Source of the DNA: a bacterium
GTDB taxonomy: Bacteria > Arandabacterota > Arandabacteria > Arandabacterales > JALGWA01
Assembly: GCA_050125095.1 (NCBI GenBank)
Contig: JASFEA010000027.1
Location: forward strand, 1-25,775
Direction of reading: 5' to 3'
Length of the DNA stretch: 25,775 bases
Below are positions 24,616 to 25,775 of the stretch, piece after piece. The position numbers and the translations under genes were made by a program. How positions within the stretch are numbered: position 1 is the stretch's first letter; the number at the start of each line of letters is the position of its first letter. The notes beneath the pieces were generated by a model. It saw only the letters and a list, made by a program, of their open reading frames with translations. It was not told the origin of the DNA and searched no databases.

Positions 24616-25530
24616 CTAGTAAACTGGCCAGCACCAGTCCTTGTACTGCTTTACCTTTCCCTTCGCTATGTCGAAGTACAGGTCCCGGACCTTGGTAGTT
24701 ATCGGGCCTATCTTACCGGTCCCGACGGGTCGACCGTCCACTTCTATGACGGCGGCGACCTGAACGCCAGTGCCGCAGAAGAACACCTCATCGGCAATGT
24801 AGAGCTCGCTGCGGTCGATCTGCCTCTCGACGGTCTCCAGATCAAACTGCTCCTTCGCTATCTGCATCACCGTGTCACGCGTAATTCCCTCGAGTATGTT
24901 TTCCGAGGGAGCCGGGGTTATGAGCTTGCCCCGGCGGACCAGGAAGATGTTCTCTGCGCTGCCTTCCGACACGTGGCCGTCATTAGTCAGGACTATTGCC
25001 TCATCAAAGCCCCGCTCCATGACCTCCGTCTTGGAGAGCGCCGAATTGATATAGACCCCGGTGATCTTGGCGCGTGCGGGAGCGACGTTGTCATCCAGCC
25101 GCCGCCAGGATGACACGGCGACCCTCGCGCCCTCTTCCTTCTCTATATACCTGCCGAACGGAACGGAGAAAAGACAGAAGCCGTCCTCCAGACCGTGGAG
25201 TTTGACACCGATGCCCTCCGATGCCTTATAGGCCACCGGCCTGATATATGCATCTTCCTTATAGCCTTCTTTCCTCAGAAGCTCCGACGTCAGGTTGCAG
25301 AGATCCTCCACAGTGTGGGGAAGCTCGATCTTCAAAATGCGGCAGGACTTGTGGAACCTCTCATAGTGTTCAGGCATACGGAACACATAGAGCTGACCGT
25401 CCGAATCGTTCCAGTACGCTCGTATCCCCTCGAATGCGCCGGTCCCGTAGTTAAATGCATGGGTCATGATGCTTATCTTTGCGTCCTCTATCGGCACGAA
25501 CTTGCCTTCAAAGAAAGCGTGCTTGGGCAT
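24616..25530 (-). CDS. ilvE: Branched-chain amino acid aminotransferase (PLP class IV)
   Basis: HAFNYGTGAFEGIRAY, YIRP, AKITGVY (PLP Lys), EGSAENIF, ILEGITR, ADEVFFCGT; AGGAGG SD. Confidence 0.95.
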   Translation of the reverse strand: MPKHAFFEGKFVPIEDAKISIMTHAFNYGTGAFEGIRAYWNDSDGQLYVFRMPEHYERFHKSCRILKIELPHTVEDLCNLTSELLRKEGYKEDAYIRPVAYKASEGIGVKLHGLEDGFCLFSVPFGRYIEKEEGARVAVSSWRRLDDNVAPARAKITGVYINSALSKTEVMERGFDEAIVLTNDGHVSEGSAENIFLVRRGKLITPAPSENILEGITRDTVMQIAKEQFDLETVERQIDRSELYIADEVFFCGTGVQVAAVIEVDGRPVGTGKIGPITTKVRDLYFDIAKGKVKQYKDWCWPVY

Positions 25531-25685
25531 AACTTCCTCCTATCTTGACAACGTCTCAAATGGGAAAATGTTTCGGACAGCCCCACCAACTATACAGGGA
25601 CGAATGGACATTAGCAACAGGATAAACCCGGCGCGCGGGGGCGGGGCGGCACGAATCCCGGCATAATGGGTCGCCACCCGCGCCT

Positions 25686-25721
25686 AAAAGCAACCGGGGC
25701 TCTCAGGACGAGAGCCCCGGT
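25686..25721 (-). terminator. Probable intrinsic terminator of the gene entering from the right edge
   Basis: Perfect 12-bp stem accggggctctc / gagagccccggt with a 5-nt loop, followed on the minus strand by TGCTTTT. Confidence 0.75.
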
Positions 25722-25744
25722 ATGATGTCAACCAGAGGTCAACG

Positions 25745-25775
25745 CTACCTTACGATAAGCATCTTCTTGGTGGCG
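25745..25775 (-). CDS. 3' end of a gene (..ATKKMLIVR*), resembling a T9SS/FlgD-Ig-type C-terminal sorting domain
   Basis: Only 9 codons plus TAG are visible; a terminator hairpin follows. Confidence 0.5.
   Translation of the reverse strand, partial: ATKKMLIVR

Noticed and set aside
25531-25685. Attenuator leader peptide or T-box upstream of ilvE
   Set aside because: The small ORFs (MSIRPCIVGG..., MPGFVPPR...) are not Ile/Leu/Val-rich and lack an SD; no T-box motif or terminator precedes the start.
25768-25775. TGGTGGCG matching the tRNA 3' end (possible att duplication)
   Set aside because: Only 8 bp at the window edge, explained by coding sequence; no integrase is present and the enclosed genes are housekeeping.

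Overview
GC-rich bacterial chromosomal window of mostly housekeeping genes, with no integrase, transposase, CRISPR array or rRNA visible. It is probably from a diderm FCB-affiliated lineage (inference from a lipoprotein/beta-barrel cluster, a '...TKKMLIVR*' C-terminus and a Fibrobacter-like LexA box). From left to right: (i) minus-strand tRNA(CAU)-tilS-hpt-ftsH-folE(partial); (ii) a divergent plus-strand block with a tandem-domain lipoprotein, two outer-membrane beta-barrels, a HAMP histidine kinase with a Cys-rich 'two-CW' tail, a single-domain receiver, and an NSS transporter with a 40-aa MetS-like small subunit; (iii) a tightly coupled ~8.5 kb minus-strand run lexA-dinB-MrfA-like helicase-MrfB-like exonuclease-histidine phosphatase-pcm-guaB-QueG-like Fe-S protein, followed by a wHTH-like hypothetical; (iv) GT2 and GT39-like glycosyltransferases, an orphan CheR, ilvE and the 3' end of a probable secreted protein. 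The best candidate for an undescribed system is the lexA-dinB-mrfA-mrfB cassette, whose promoter spacer is filled by a perfect 20-bp palindrome (TACTGCACATATGTGCAGTA). All calls come from motif recognition by eye; no database search was run.
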